Part shown: positions 1 to 10,724 of the stretch, one piece after another
Layout of the letters: every line of letters begins with the position of its first letter
How positions within the stretch are numbered: the first letter of the stretch is position 1
From: an uncultured Acidobacteriota bacterium
GTDB taxonomy: Bacteria; Acidobacteriota; Blastocatellia; RBC074
Length of the DNA stretch: 64,000 bases
Direction of reading: 5' to 3'
NCBI GenBank assembly: GCA_902825875.1
Contig: CADECP010000016.1
Coordinates: forward strand, 21,519 to 85,518
Translations under genes and position numbers: made by a program
The notes under the pieces: generated by a model
The model's database searches: none
Seen by the model: only the letters and a program-made list of their open reading frames with translations
What the model was told of the DNA's origin: nothing

Positions 1-22
1 GCAAGCGCGAACGACCTGGCGA

Positions 23-1645
23 TTGACCAGCGCGCTGGGCAAAGTCTTCGGCGGCGGGTTGTTCGGGAAAAAACGCAATGGCAACAGTCAGGCTCCAACG
101 CGGTCGTTAAGCCAATCTTCCGGCAGTCAGACCTCAGCCGAAACGCGCTCAGCGACTTCTTCAAGTCCCAATTCAAGCTCAAACAGTTTCCGTAGCAGTT
201 CCGGTTCGACTTCGCGCCCGCCTTCATGGGGAACCGAAGGCAAACGCACGATTGCCGTGTTGCCGTTCAAAAATCTTTCCGGCAATGCCGAAGACAATTT
301 TTACGAAATCTCGCTGGCTGACGGCATCATTGCCGAACTGGCGCATCTGCGTTCGCTGGTCGTTCGGCCTTCGCAATACATCGCGCGGTACGCCGGGCAG
401 AACCCTGAACCGCGTCAGGTTGGCGAAGACCTTGCTGTCAGCATTGTGCTGGTCGGCAGCTTTATCAAAGCCGCCGAACGCTTTCGCGTCACGACTCAAT
501 TGCTGACAACCGCCACCGGAGAAATTTTGTGGAGCGACAAAATTGATCTGGCTGCCAACGATTTGCTGACGATTCAGGACACCATCGCCGAGCGAGTCAT
601 CGCCGGATTGAAACTGAAACTGACCGACGAAGAGCAGCAGAAAATCGAACGTCCGCTGACGACCAACGCCGAAGCTTACGAGTTTTATCTGCGCGGACGC
701 GATTTGATGTTCAAATACATGTCGCACAGTTTCGACGATCACGATCTGGATGTGGCGATCAAGATGTTGGAAGAAGCCATCCGACTCGATCCGAATTTCG
801 CCCGCGCGCATTACACGCTGGGGCGTTGTCTGGTTCATCACGGGCAAGGTTATGGCGGGCAGCATTATTTTGACTTGGCTGAAACTTCGTTGATGCGTGC
901 GCTGGAACTTGACCCGAAACTGGCCGGAGCGCGGTTGCAGATGGTGTACGTTTACCTGAACAAAGGCGAACGCGAAAAGGCGTTGGCGACATTGGCCGAC
1001 GCCCGGCGCGAAGCTCCGCACGACCCGACAGTGTTCATCATCGCTGGAATGCTGTATCGGTTGAGCGGCCTGTACGACCGCGCGTTGAAACAATACGACA
1101 AACTGTTGGAGATAAATCCGCGTGACGTGATTATCGCCAGTTACAACCGCGGGCGGTTGTACACCTATCGCCACGAATTCGACCGCGCCATCGTCGAATT
1201 TGAAAAAGGTCGCGCCGTCGAACCCGACCATCCGCTGATTAACTCCTTTTTGGCGATTACTTATTTCAATCAAGGCGACATTGATCGTTGCCAGGCTTTG
1301 ACCGAAGAAGTGTTGCGCCAGCATCCGAATTTCGATCCGATGCAAATTGTGCTGGCCTGGTGCCTGAGCGCGCGCGGTCAACACGCCGAAGCTCATGCGC
1401 TGATTACCGATCAGATCAAAGAAACCGCTGCCGCCGATCATGACGTTTCGGTTTGGCTGGCCTCGTTTTACGCGATGGAAAACCAGCGCGACGAAGCCGT
1501 CGAATGGCTCAAAAAAGCCGTTGAGCTTGGCAATGAAAATTATCCGCTGTTTGCCGACAGCAACCGTTTCGATAATTTGCGCTGCGATTTGCGCTTTGTG
1601 GATTTGCTGAACTCACTCAAGCAGAAATGGGAGGAACGGAGGTGA
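23..1645 (+). CDS. TPR-repeat protein with a TolB-N-like domain; possibly 5' truncated by the window edge (TTG start at 23; frame is open to position 2)
   Basis: Ser-rich low-complexity N-terminus, then '[38 protein letters not shown]' (TolB-N-like signalling module) followed by multiple TPR-like helical repeats. No in-frame stop upstream within the window. Confidence 0.6.
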   Translation: MTSALGKVFGGGLFGKKRNGNSQAPTRSLSQSSGSQTSAETRSATSSSPNSSSNSFRSSSGSTSRPPSWGTEGKRTIAVLPFKNLSGNAEDNFYEISLADGIIAELAHLRSLVVRPSQYIARYAGQNPEPRQVGEDLAVSIVLVGSFIKAAERFRVTTQLLTTATGEILWSDKIDLAANDLLTIQDTIAERVIAGLKLKLTDEEQQKIERPLTTNAEAYEFYLRGRDLMFKYMSHSFDDHDLDVAIKMLEEAIRLDPNFARAHYTLGRCLVHHGQGYGGQHYFDLAETSLMRALELDPKLAGARLQMVYVYLNKGEREKALATLADARREAPHDPTVFIIAGMLYRLSGLYDRALKQYDKLLEINPRDVIIASYNRGRLYTYRHEFDRAIVEFEKGRAVEPDHPLINSFLAITYFNQGDIDRCQALTEEVLRQHPNFDPMQIVLAWCLSARGQHAEAHALITDQIKETAAADHDVSVWLASFYAMENQRDEAVEWLKKAVELGNENYPLFADSNRFDNLRCDLRFVDLLNSLKQKWEERR

Positions 1646-1648
1646 TGG

Positions 1649-3007
1649 ATGGCGACAGTAGAACAACTCCGAGAGAGGATCAATCTTCGCCTTGAAGAAA
1701 GTTTCATGGGCATCAGTGAACAGGTCGCTGACCTTGCGCCGGAAGATTTGGTCGAACTGTTGAATCAGTTGAAGCTGATTGAAGCCGCAACCGTTTTGCT
1801 GATGTTGCCGGTTCCGCGCGGCATCGAATTGATGGATCAGCCGACGATGACGCGGCGCGGCGCGATTTTGGAAAAGCTCGACCCGACGCGCACGGCCATG
1901 ATTTTGGAAGGTCTCTCAGCCGACGAACGCACAGACATCATCCAGCAAATGGGTTTGACCGAACGCCGTCGCGTGCTCAGCAAAGTCAGCAACGAAGTCA
2001 AAGTCGAACTCGAACACCTGCTCAGTTACGCGGAACACACCGCCGGTGGAATTATGACCACCGAATTCGTCCGGCTGGATCCGACGATGACGGTCGGCGA
2101 AGCTCTGAAACACATTCGTTTGGTCGCGCGCGAAAAAGAATCCATTTACGCCTGTTACGTGCTTGATCCGGCGAACGGCCATTTGCTGGGATCAATCAGC
2201 CTGCGCGATCTGGTGATGGCCGAAATGGATCAAATCGTCACCAGAGTCATGCGCCCCAAACCGGTGACGGTTCACGCTGATGACGACCAGGAATCCGTCG
2301 CGCAAAAAATCGCCAAATACAATTTGCTGGCTGTGCCTGTGCTGGAACGCGATGGCAGCGTGGTCGGCTTCGTCACGGTTGACGATGTCATTGACGTCAT
2401 GATCGAAGAGCAAACCGAAGATATTCTGCGCATGGCTGGCGTCGAACCCGGCGCGCTGGATAAACCCTACTTCGACAATCCGATTTTGCGTGTTGTGCGA
2501 AAGCGTATCGGCTGGTTGTTGTTTTTGTTCGTCGCCGGAACGCTGACCAGCAAAGTTCTGCACGCATTTGAAAGCGAACTGGCTTCGGTCGTCGCGCTGA
2601 CGTTTTTCGTTCCGCTGCTGATTGGCACGGGCGGCAACGCCGGAGCGCAAACCGTTATGACCGTCATTCGCAGTTTGTCGCTGGGCGAAATCGGCGTGAA
2701 ACATGCCTGGCGCGTTGCCTTGCGCGAATCCACGACGGGGCTGTTGGTCGGCTTGCTGATCGGCTGCATTGCGTTTGGGCAGGCGTACTGGGTAACGCAC
2801 GATTGGCATCTGGCGGTGACAATTGCCACCACCATCATTGTCATTTGCGTCTGGTCAACTACGGTTGGCTCCATCATTCCGATTGCCGCACACCGCTTCG
2901 GAGTTGACCCGGCAGTGCTGAGCGCCCCGCTCATCACGACGCTGGTGGATGCGACGGGCTTACTGATCTATCTGACCATCGCCAAAATCATCCTCGATCA
3001 AATTTGA
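1649..3007 (+). CDS. mgtE: Magnesium transporter MgtE
   Basis: MgtE N-domain, tandem CBS domains and C-terminal TM domain with '[10 protein letters not shown]' signature. ATG sits 4 nt after the upstream stop (operon-like). Confidence 0.9.
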   Translation: MATVEQLRERINLRLEESFMGISEQVADLAPEDLVELLNQLKLIEAATVLLMLPVPRGIELMDQPTMTRRGAILEKLDPTRTAMILEGLSADERTDIIQQMGLTERRRVLSKVSNEVKVELEHLLSYAEHTAGGIMTTEFVRLDPTMTVGEALKHIRLVAREKESIYACYVLDPANGHLLGSISLRDLVMAEMDQIVTRVMRPKPVTVHADDDQESVAQKIAKYNLLAVPVLERDGSVVGFVTVDDVIDVMIEEQTEDILRMAGVEPGALDKPYFDNPILRVVRKRIGWLLFLFVAGTLTSKVLHAFESELASVVALTFFVPLLIGTGGNAGAQTVMTVIRSLSLGEIGVKHAWRVALRESTTGLLVGLLIGCIAFGQAYWVTHDWHLAVTIATTIIVICVWSTTVGSIIPIAAHRFGVDPAVLSAPLITTLVDATGLLIYLTIAKIILDQI

Positions 3008-5905
3008 TTACCGCCACTCGCCTTGCAGCACGAAAGCCGCCCAAAAATACGGTGAAGCCCAGCGTCGCTGCTTCATCAGTTCAAGCTGTGCGTTACGCAA
3101 AGCCGCCGCCGGTCGTTGGCCGTCTTTCAGCATTCCGCGATAAAAGCGTTCCATCAGTTCCGAAGTCGCCAGATCGTCCACCTGCCACAAACTGGAGACG
3201 ACGCGCTCGGCCCCGGCGTACATAAAACCGCGGGTCATTCCCACCAAGCCTTCGCCTTTGAATTCTTTGCCCAGCGCCGTCTGACAGGCGCTCAGCACAA
3301 CCAAATCAGCAGGCAATTGCAGATTGAACAATTCGTGCGAACGCAGGAATCCGTCCACAGCTTTGCCTTGTTCGTCCACCATCGAAAACACCAACCCGGA
3401 TAATTTCGGATGCTCGCCGTTCAGCAAACCATGCGTGGCGAAATGCAGGATGCGATAGCGGCTGAGTTCGCCGCTGGAAATTCCTGACCGGCTGGCTTGA
3501 AAGTCTGTCGCTTTCAGCAACGAAGCGCGCGGCACGAGTTGCGCGATCTTGTCAGCCTCTTCGCGCGAAAACGGCAACCGCGCCAGTTCGCCGCGGTTGA
3601 ATTCGCCGAGCGAACGAAGCAAGTCCGTGTTGATTGGCTCAGCAGTTTCGTTTGCCGAACGAACGTTCACGGCCAAATTGTTTTTTGCGGTTTTCTTTGC
3701 CGCCGCAAGCGCGCGCGGATCGTTCGCTTCGAAGACCGGATCGGCAAACACGGCCAGAGTTTTTGTCGCCGGTTTTCGCTCGGCGGTTTCGCGGCGAATG
3801 GCGGCCAGCGCCGATGCCGACGGCAAATTCACTATTTCGTGATTGGCGATCAACGGTTGGTAATCTTTGGCTGATGGCAGAGGCAACGCGGCAAACGGCA
3901 GGTATTCCAGCGCGCCTCCAGCGACGATCAACAATCGTTTGCCTTTCCATTCCCGATCGAATTTGGCGGCGACGCCGGAAAATAATGTTTGACTGAGTTT
4001 GGCGGTTTCCGCCGGAAACGCCGCGTTGGCCGCGACGATGCGCGCTTGTCGAACGGCGTCAGCTTCGCCTTTTACCGGCTGCCGAGCCGTCAACAGTTCG
4101 TAAATTTTGCGCGCTGAAGTTTCGATTTCGCGCCGGGAGGGAAGCTGCAAGGCAAAAGTTTCTTTGGTCGTCACAGCCCACAACCAGCTTCGTTTTTTGC
4201 CGAGCGAAAATTCCAACAGCACTGTGTCGTCGTCGAGCAAACGAGTTTGAATGTCTTCGATGCTGATCGGTTGAGACTGGGTCAGTTCGGCAAAACGCGG
4301 GCTGGACGCGCGAACCTGCGCTTCAATCAGTTCAAGCTGTGTGGTCAGTTCGCGGACTTCCGTTGCCAGCGCATCGGCTTGAGTTTTGGTGCGAGGATTG
4401 GCGCGTAGCCGTTTCCACGCAGAGTCTTTGTCGTTCAGTCGCTGAAGCAGGTCGCGTTCTTTTTGCAGCAACGCGGCGTCGGCTCCTTGTCGAATCTGCG
4501 CGCGCGATTCCGCCAGCAAATCCAGCAGCCCGCGAGCGCGAGCACGTTCGGCGAATTGCAGCGCGGCTTTTTCGTGGCCTTTGCCTGGTTCTTGTTCGCG
4601 CAGTCGCATCAACAAATCAACGTAAGTTTCATACACGCGCTGCAACCCGGCCATGTAAGTCGAACGCAGTTGATGGCTGCCGACTTTCGCGCGCAGGCTT
4701 TCGCTGAGTTGCAAGGCTTGATCCAGATGACGACGCGCCGTAGCCAACTCTCCGGCGTTGACTGCCAACTGGCCAAGCGCGCGCAGCATATCCATTTCAC
4801 TGCTGGCGTTGCCGTTGGCGCGGTAAATCGCAAGTGCAGCGGTGCGCGCTTCGACGGCTTTGGCAGGATTGTTGGTCAGTTCGTGAATTTCGCCGAGCGC
4901 CGATTGAGTCAACGCTTCGCTCAACCGGTCACGGTTGGTTTGATGCAACGGCAACGCGCGCTGGCATTCTTCAATCGCCGTTTCGGTTTCGCCCAACGCC
5001 AGGTGAGCTTTGCAGAGCAAGGTGATCGAATCGGCTTCGGTAAATCGGTCTTTGATTTCGCGGCTGAGTTTGAGCGACTGACCGGCGTAATCCAGCGATT
5101 GACGATGTTCGCCCATCTGAAACGAAGCAAAGCCCAAATTGTAAAGATAAGTCGCTTCTTCTTCTTTGTCGCCAACCTGGCGAATCAGCGTCAACGCTTG
5201 CAACAAGTAATCGCGCGCACTGTGCAGATCGCCCAAAGAACCAAGCACAGCCGCCACGTTGTTGATTGCCACGGCTTCGTCGCGCCGCAGCCCCAATTCA
5301 CGGAACGTCGTCAGCGCCTGTTGATGATGATCCAGCGCCAATTGATGTTCACCCAGTCGGTGATAAACGCCGCCGATGTTGTCCACTGTGATGCTGCGAG
5401 ATCTTCCGGGCTTTTTCAGTTCCAGGCTTTGCCGATAAAAGTGCAACGCCATAGGCGTTTCGCCCAATCGCTGGTGAACGTTGGCGATGTTGTTCAGCGC
5501 GGTCGCTTTGGAAGCGTTGCCTTCATCTGTTGGCGGAAAGAAGGGCAACGATCTTTCAAAAAATTCCAGCGCCGTTGTGAAGTCGAATCTTTTGATGTGC
5601 AGCAATCCTGTATCCAGCAAGGTGTCGCCGATCATCATTCGGTCGTCCAGCGATTGCCAAAGCTGCAACGCTTCTTCCAGTTTGGCCAGACATTGGCGCG
5701 CGTCTTCGTCGCTGAGTGGCGGCGCTTTTTCAAGCAACGCCCTCGCTTCCTTGCTTAATTGCGTGGCTCGCAATCGAGTTTGATCCTGTTCGGAGGCGCT
5801 GGCGCTGAAAAGTTGTAAGCTGGCCGACAACACTAAAAACGCCAATAGCGGCAGGTTGAATCGGCGAAGCGCCGTTGTGAAATGAGTTGTGTGGGCGAAC
5901 TTCAT
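3008..5905 (-). CDS. TPR-repeat protein with C-terminal CHAT (caspase-like) protease domain; signal-peptide-like N-terminus
   Basis: N-terminal hydrophobic leader 'LPLLAFLVLSASLQLFSASA'; many TPR repeats; C-terminal 'ILHFATHG...LVVLSACQTALGK' His/Cys dyad typical of CHAT domains. AAGGAA Shine-Dalgarno upstream of ATG. The stop abuts the mgtE stop (convergent, 0 bp spacer). Confidence 0.85.
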   Translation of the reverse strand: MKFAHTTHFTTALRRFNLPLLAFLVLSASLQLFSASASEQDQTRLRATQLSKEARALLEKAPPLSDEDARQCLAKLEEALQLWQSLDDRMMIGDTLLDTGLLHIKRFDFTTALEFFERSLPFFPPTDEGNASKATALNNIANVHQRLGETPMALHFYRQSLELKKPGRSRSITVDNIGGVYHRLGEHQLALDHHQQALTTFRELGLRRDEAVAINNVAAVLGSLGDLHSARDYLLQALTLIRQVGDKEEEATYLYNLGFASFQMGEHRQSLDYAGQSLKLSREIKDRFTEADSITLLCKAHLALGETETAIEECQRALPLHQTNRDRLSEALTQSALGEIHELTNNPAKAVEARTAALAIYRANGNASSEMDMLRALGQLAVNAGELATARRHLDQALQLSESLRAKVGSHQLRSTYMAGLQRVYETYVDLLMRLREQEPGKGHEKAALQFAERARARGLLDLLAESRAQIRQGADAALLQKERDLLQRLNDKDSAWKRLRANPRTKTQADALATEVRELTTQLELIEAQVRASSPRFAELTQSQPISIEDIQTRLLDDDTVLLEFSLGKKRSWLWAVTTKETFALQLPSRREIETSARKIYELLTARQPVKGEADAVRQARIVAANAAFPAETAKLSQTLFSGVAAKFDREWKGKRLLIVAGGALEYLPFAALPLPSAKDYQPLIANHEIVNLPSASALAAIRRETAERKPATKTLAVFADPVFEANDPRALAAAKKTAKNNLAVNVRSANETAEPINTDLLRSLGEFNRGELARLPFSREEADKIAQLVPRASLLKATDFQASRSGISSGELSRYRILHFATHGLLNGEHPKLSGLVFSMVDEQGKAVDGFLRSHELFNLQLPADLVVLSACQTALGKEFKGEGLVGMTRGFMYAGAERVVSSLWQVDDLATSELMERFYRGMLKDGQRPAAALRNAQLELMKQRRWASPYFWAAFVLQGEWR

Positions 5906-6090
5906 TTCCTTTTCCTTTCAGAAAACAAACAGGCATTTGAGCGCCAACTCAAATGCCTGTTTGGAAAAAATCGTTTGGAGAGAAGTGAAATGTGTATGCA
6001 GTTTCTGAAATTGAACGTAACCCGCTGCCGCGAAGTATGCTTCGGCTCCATTGCCGATGTCGAGCAGCGTGTGGAGCGCTACGGCTCGAC

Positions 6091-6178
6091 GTAGCTTTGC
6101 GTTCTCAGTCGAGAGTCCGTTGTTACAGGAGATTTCAACCGCGAACGAAAAGCGGTGTCGAGCCACCGCACTCCACAT
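6091..6178 (-). repeat. Structured intergenic repeat, family 2, copy A (long hairpin gctttgcgttc/gaacgaaaagc plus short GC hairpin gcggtgNcgagNcaccgc, then T-rich tail on the minus strand)
   Basis: About 70% identical to 30127-30215, with the same order of inverted-repeat arms. Lies immediately 3' of the 6183..10724 gene on the minus strand. Confidence 0.5.
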
Positions 6179-6182
6179 TTCC

Positions 6183-9100
6183 TTAGCGGAACGCCACGCG
6201 CAAGGTGTTGGCGGTTTTGCCATCCACCGTAATCACAACGTCCACTTCGCCGCGCCCGGCCAGCGTTGGCGACAGTTTGGCGTTCAGTTGATCGTAACCG
6301 ACAAAGCCCGGCACTTCTCCGGCGTACAGGACTTCGCTGGTCACGCCGCCGATGGTGCAGCTAACCGATGCCAGGCCGCTGCGGAGTTTCCAGCCCGTTC
6401 CGTAAAACACCAGAAAAACCTGATCCAGCGGATTGCTGACATCAATCGGTTCGGCGACGAATTGGTTCAGCGCCGAATCGTATCGCACGACCGGTTCGAA
6501 GCTTTGCAATCCATTTGATCGAACGCGCAGCGCCACCGCCGAAGCCAGTCCGCGTCCGCTGGCGTCTGCCGAAAACACTCCAGGCGAAACGTTGGTGATT
6601 TCGACCGAACCGGTTGCCACGACGTTCGCGCCGTTCAGAACCGTCACGACAGCCGTGCCAAGCGCCGTTCCCGCAGGCATTTGATGGTTGATCTGCGTCG
6701 GCGACACGAAAAACAGCGGAGCCAATCGTTCGACGCCTGCGCTGTCTTTGATTTTCATGCTGCAACCGCCAAGTTCGGTCGGCAGAGTCGTTGTCGTCGC
6801 AATTTGAATGGTTGTTGCCAGATTCGTGCCGAACGTGGCGACGATGGATTCGGGCGCCAGCGTGTCTCCGGCGATAAAGCTCGCCGCCGAAACGCTTGTC
6901 ACCAGATTGGCGGAAATCACCAGCGTGAATGTTCGGTCGCCGACGCAGCCGTTGATGTCGGTCACGCGCACGGTGAAGTTGTACGTGCCCGCCGTTGCCA
7001 GCGTGCCCAGAATTGCACCGTTGGTTGAATTCAGCATCAACTCCGCAGGTAAGCTGCCCGAACTGACAGCGAAAGTGTACGGCGAAGCTCCGCCGGTCAC
7101 AGTCAGCGTCTGGTTGTAAACCGCTCCGACAATGCCGGGAGGCAACCCGGTTTGATTGATGGTGATCGTCGGGCAAGCCGCCGCGTTGACGACCAGCGTG
7201 TAGTTGCGTTCGCCCGTGCAACCGTTGGCGTCGGTTGCTCGAACCACGAAGCTGTAACTGCCCGCCATCGTCGGCGTGCCGGTCAAAGCCCCATTCGCTG
7301 CCAGCGACAACCCGTTTGGCAACGCTCCGTTGACCAGGCTGAACGCATAAGCTGCCGCGCCGCCTGTCGCCGACAGAGTTTGGTTGTACGCCGCGCCGGT
7401 TGTTCCGGTTGGCAAGCTGGCCGGATTGACGTTGATCGTCGGGCAAGCCGCCGCGTTGACGACCAGCGTGTAGCTCCGTTCACCCGTGCAACCGTTGGCG
7501 TCTTCGGCAATTACGGTGAAGGTATAACTGCCCGGCGCAGTTGGCGTTCCCGACAGATTGCCGCTTTGCGTGGGCGTCAAACCGGGCGGAATGTTTCCGT
7601 TCCCTCGGAATTTGTACGGACTGATTCCGCCGCTGCCGGTGAACGTTTGGCTGTAAGCGACTCCGACGGTCGCGGTTGGCAAAGTTGCCGGATTGACCGT
7701 GATCGTCGGGCAAGCCGGATTGATAATCACTGTGTACCTGCGTTCGCCGAAACATTCGTTTGCGTCACTTGCGCCCACGACGAAGCTGTAGCTGCCCGGA
7801 GTTGTCGGAGTGCCGCTCAGTGTGCCGTTCGCGTTGAACGACAAACCCGGCGGCAAGGTGGGCAGCCAGTCGAACGAATATGGAGCAGTTCCTCCGGTTG
7901 CCGAAAACGTCTGGCTGTAAGCCACACCAACCGTGCCCGCGGGCAGCGTGGCCGGATTGATGGTGATCGTCGGACACGGAAGATTGCGGATGATCAGCGT
8001 GTAGTTGCGTTCGCCGAAACAGCCGTTCGCATCGGTGGCGCGCGCCGTGATGTTGTAATTCCCCGCCGCTGTCGGCGTGCCGGAGATGGTGTTCGGTGGC
8101 GAAAACGCCAAGCCCGCAGGCAATGCGCTGGAAACGGAATAGGTGTAAGGCGATTGGCCGCCAGATGCGTTGAAGCTCCACGAATACGCTTCTCCGACTC
8201 TGCCGGAAAGAATTCCAGGAGGATTGATCGTGATCGTCGGGCAATTGACGACAACCGTGTAATTGCGCAGGCCAATGCAATCGTTGGCGTCGCGCGTGCG
8301 CACGATGAAGTTGTAACTGCCCGCCGCAGTCGGCGTGCCCGACAACAATCCAGCCGAAGTCAGCGTCAGTCCGGTCGGCAACGTTCCTGAAAACAAGTTG
8401 AATTGATAAGGCGCTGTGCCGCCTGTGCTCGACAGAGTTTGCGAATACGCTGCTCCGGTCGTGCCGGTTGGCAATGTAGCCGGATTGATCGTAATCGTCG
8501 GGCAAGTTGGATTGCTGATGACCAGCGTATAGCTGCGTTCGCCGAAACATCCGTTGGCGTCGTTGCCGCGCATGATGAAGGAATAGCTTCCGGCAGTTGT
8601 CGGAGTGCCGCTCAATGTGCCGTTGGTGTTCAGCGTCAATCCCGGCGGCAAGGCGCTGGCTTGTGTGCCGAACGAATACGGCGCGGTTCCGCCGCTGGCC
8701 GAAAACACCTGGCTGTAAGCCGTGCCGACTGTTCCTGACGGCATGGTCGCCGGATTGATCGTGATGGTTTGGCAGGTCACGTTGATGCTGTACGGCTTGT
8801 CGGTGAAACAACTGTTGCCGTCGGTCACGCGCACGCTGAAGTTGTAATTACCAGCCGTAGTCGGGGTGCCCAGAATCGTGCCGAATGTGTTGAGCGACAA
8901 TCCGGGCGGCAACGCCCCGGTGTAAAGAGGAGTGTTATACGGCGGTCTGGTTCCGGACGCCGTGATGCTCTGAGAATAGGGAGTTCCCACCGCGCCGCCT
9001 GGCAACGTAGCCGGAGTCACTGAGATCGTTCCGCAACTGACGGTCATCGTGTAGCTCCGCGTACCGGTGCATCCGTTCGAACCGGTTGCCTGAATCTGGA

Positions 9101-10724
9101 AGCTGTAAACGCCGGTTGTCGTTGGCCTGCCGGAGATTTCGCCTCTCGCGGGTGACAACGTCAGCCCCGGAGGCAAGGAGTTGGCGACAACGGCAAAAGT
9201 GTAGCTCCCACTGCCGCCGGTCGCATTGAGCGTTGCCGAATAAGGTTCGCCGGTCAAAGGCAGCGGCAACACAATCGGTGTGATCGTAATTGCTGGGCAA
9301 GCCGGTGCGATGACAATCGTGTAAACGCGATTGCCGAAACAGTTGTTGGCATCGCCAACTCGTGCAGTGAAGCCGTAACTGCCCGCCGTTGTCGGCGTTC
9401 CGGTGATGGCTCCACTGGCCGACAGGTTCAGTCCCGGCGGCAGGCTGCCGAGGAAAAGCGAATAGTTGTAAGGCGACTGGCCGCCCGAAGCCGTCAACGT
9501 TTGCGAATACGGCGCTCCGACCTGACCGCCATTCAGAGAAGCCGGATTGAGCGTGATGTTAGGGCAACTGACGTTGATCGTGTATGACTGCGTGTCGGCA
9601 CAGCCACCGGCGTCGGTCGAACGCAAGGTGAAGCTGTACGTCCCGACAGTGTTTGGCGTTCCGCCCAGCACGCCGCTTGAACCAAGCAATAGCCCCGGCG
9701 GAATCGAGCCGCTGGCCAGCGAGTAAGTGTATGGCGATTGGCCGCCGTTGGTCGTGAAGTTTTGGGAATACGGTACGCCAATCGTCGCGCCCGGAACGTT
9801 GGCCGGAAAGATCAGGAAGTTCGGGCAGTTCACTGTCAGCGTGTAAGCCCGTTGACCTGCGCATCCGTTGCTGTCCGTGGCGCGAATCAGGAAGCTGTAA
9901 GTGCCGGTCACGTTCGATGTTCCGCCGATGCTGCCGCCTGATCCCAAAAACATTCCCGGCGGAATCGAACCGCTGACCAGAGAATATGTGTACGGCGAAT
10001 CTCCGCCCGAAGCCGTGATGTTTTGCGAATACGCGACGCCGCGCGTGGCCGCGGGCAGGCTGGCGGGATTCAGCGTGATGTTCGGACAAACGACCAGAAT
10101 CGAATACGACCGCGAACCTGTGCAGCCATTCGAATCGGTGGCTTGAATCGTGAAGTTGTAATTGCCGAGTGCAGTCGGTGTTCCGCCCAACCCGCCGCCT
10201 GAATTCAAAAACAATCCGGGCGGAATCGTTCCGGCGGTTTTTGAAAAGGTATACGGAGCATCGCCGCCCGAAGCGGTAATGGTTTGCGAATACTGCACGC
10301 CGAGCGAAGCTCCCGGCAGATTGTTCGTCAATGTAATGCCCGGACAAACGACCAGCATCGAATACGACCGCGAACCCGTGCAGCCATTGGCGTCTGTTGC
10401 ACGAATGGTGAAGTTGTAATTGCCGAGCGCGGTTGGCGTTCCGCCAAACGAGCCGTTCGATCCCAAAAACAATCCCGGCGGCAATGCTCCGGCGCTTCGT
10501 GAAAAGGTGTAGGGCGATTGACCGCCAGAAGCTGTGAAGCTTTGCGAATAAGCTACGCCAAGCGAGGCTCCGGGGATCGAACCCGGCGCGACGGCGATTG
10601 GCGGACATTGCGCGGCTGAAACTTCAACTTGCTGCCTGTTTGGCAGCGCAGCCAACGCGAAAAGAACCAGCAGAGTGAAAAGAGCTACGCCGATGTGGCG
10701 AACTTGCGATTGCATGAAATTCAT
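6183..10724 (-). CDS. Giant secreted multi-repeat protein: about 14-15 tandem Ig-like (PF05345-type 'putative Ig') domains plus a roughly 215-aa C-terminal domain resembling the Solibacter C-terminal domain (TIGR03437-like)
   Basis: Repeated roughly 90-aa units with 'YSQxxxASGGxxPYTFSxxxGxLPPGLxLxxxGxLxGTPTxxGxYxFTVxxTDxNGC'. Hydrophobic signal peptide. C-terminal 220 aa align at about 50% identity with the C-terminus of the 19132..24597 protein. Track start 10760 is TTG; the ATG 12 codons in (MNFMQSQ...) is preceded by AAGGAGG, so 10724 is the preferred start. Confidence 0.85.
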   Translation of the reverse strand: MNFMQSQVRHIGVALFTLLVLFALAALPNRQQVEVSAAQCPPIAVAPGSIPGASLGVAYSQSFTASGGQSPYTFSRSAGALPPGLFLGSNGSFGGTPTALGNYNFTIRATDANGCTGSRSYSMLVVCPGITLTNNLPGASLGVQYSQTITASGGDAPYTFSKTAGTIPPGLFLNSGGGLGGTPTALGNYNFTIQATDSNGCTGSRSYSILVVCPNITLNPASLPAATRGVAYSQNITASGGDSPYTYSLVSGSIPPGMFLGSGGSIGGTSNVTGTYSFLIRATDSNGCAGQRAYTLTVNCPNFLIFPANVPGATIGVPYSQNFTTNGGQSPYTYSLASGSIPPGLLLGSSGVLGGTPNTVGTYSFTLRSTDAGGCADTQSYTINVSCPNITLNPASLNGGQVGAPYSQTLTASGGQSPYNYSLFLGSLPPGLNLSASGAITGTPTTAGSYGFTARVGDANNCFGNRVYTIVIAPACPAITITPIVLPLPLTGEPYSATLNATGGSGSYTFAVVANSLPPGLTLSPARGEISGRPTTTGVYSFQIQATGSNGCTGTRSYTMTVSCGTISVTPATLPGGAVGTPYSQSITASGTRPPYNTPLYTGALPPGLSLNTFGTILGTPTTAGNYNFSVRVTDGNSCFTDKPYSINVTCQTITINPATMPSGTVGTAYSQVFSASGGTAPYSFGTQASALPPGLTLNTNGTLSGTPTTAGSYSFIMRGNDANGCFGERSYTLVISNPTCPTITINPATLPTGTTGAAYSQTLSSTGGTAPYQFNLFSGTLPTGLTLTSAGLLSGTPTAAGSYNFIVRTRDANDCIGLRNYTVVVNCPTITINPPGILSGRVGEAYSWSFNASGGQSPYTYSVSSALPAGLAFSPPNTISGTPTAAGNYNITARATDANGCFGERNYTLIIRNLPCPTITINPATLPAGTVGVAYSQTFSATGGTAPYSFDWLPTLPPGLSFNANGTLSGTPTTPGSYSFVVGASDANECFGERRYTVIINPACPTITVNPATLPTATVGVAYSQTFTGSGGISPYKFRGNGNIPPGLTPTQSGNLSGTPTAPGSYTFTVIAEDANGCTGERSYTLVVNAAACPTINVNPASLPTGTTGAAYNQTLSATGGAAAYAFSLVNGALPNGLSLAANGALTGTPTMAGSYSFVVRATDANGCTGERNYTLVVNAAACPTITINQTGLPPGIVGAVYNQTLTVTGGASPYTFAVSSGSLPAELMLNSTNGAILGTLATAGTYNFTVRVTDINGCVGDRTFTLVISANLVTSVSAASFIAGDTLAPESIVATFGTNLATTIQIATTTTLPTELGGCSMKIKDSAGVERLAPLFFVSPTQINHQMPAGTALGTAVVTVLNGANVVATGSVEITNVSPGVFSADASGRGLASAVALRVRSNGLQSFEPVVRYDSALNQFVAEPIDVSNPLDQVFLVFYGTGWKLRSGLASVSCTIGGVTSEVLYAGEVPGFVGYDQLNAKLSPTLAGRGEVDVVITVDGKTANTLRVAFR

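Noticed and set aside
6442-8811. Long antisense ORFs (e.g. 6442..7446 -, 7152..8390 +, 7765..8811 -) inside the giant Ig-protein gene, and similar ones (20071..20652 -, 21877..22479 -, 23287..23976 -) inside the second giant gene
   Set aside because: Arg/Gly/Ala-rich translations of high-GC repetitive DNA in alternative frames. They have no start context, no homology, and fully overlap a strongly supported gene.
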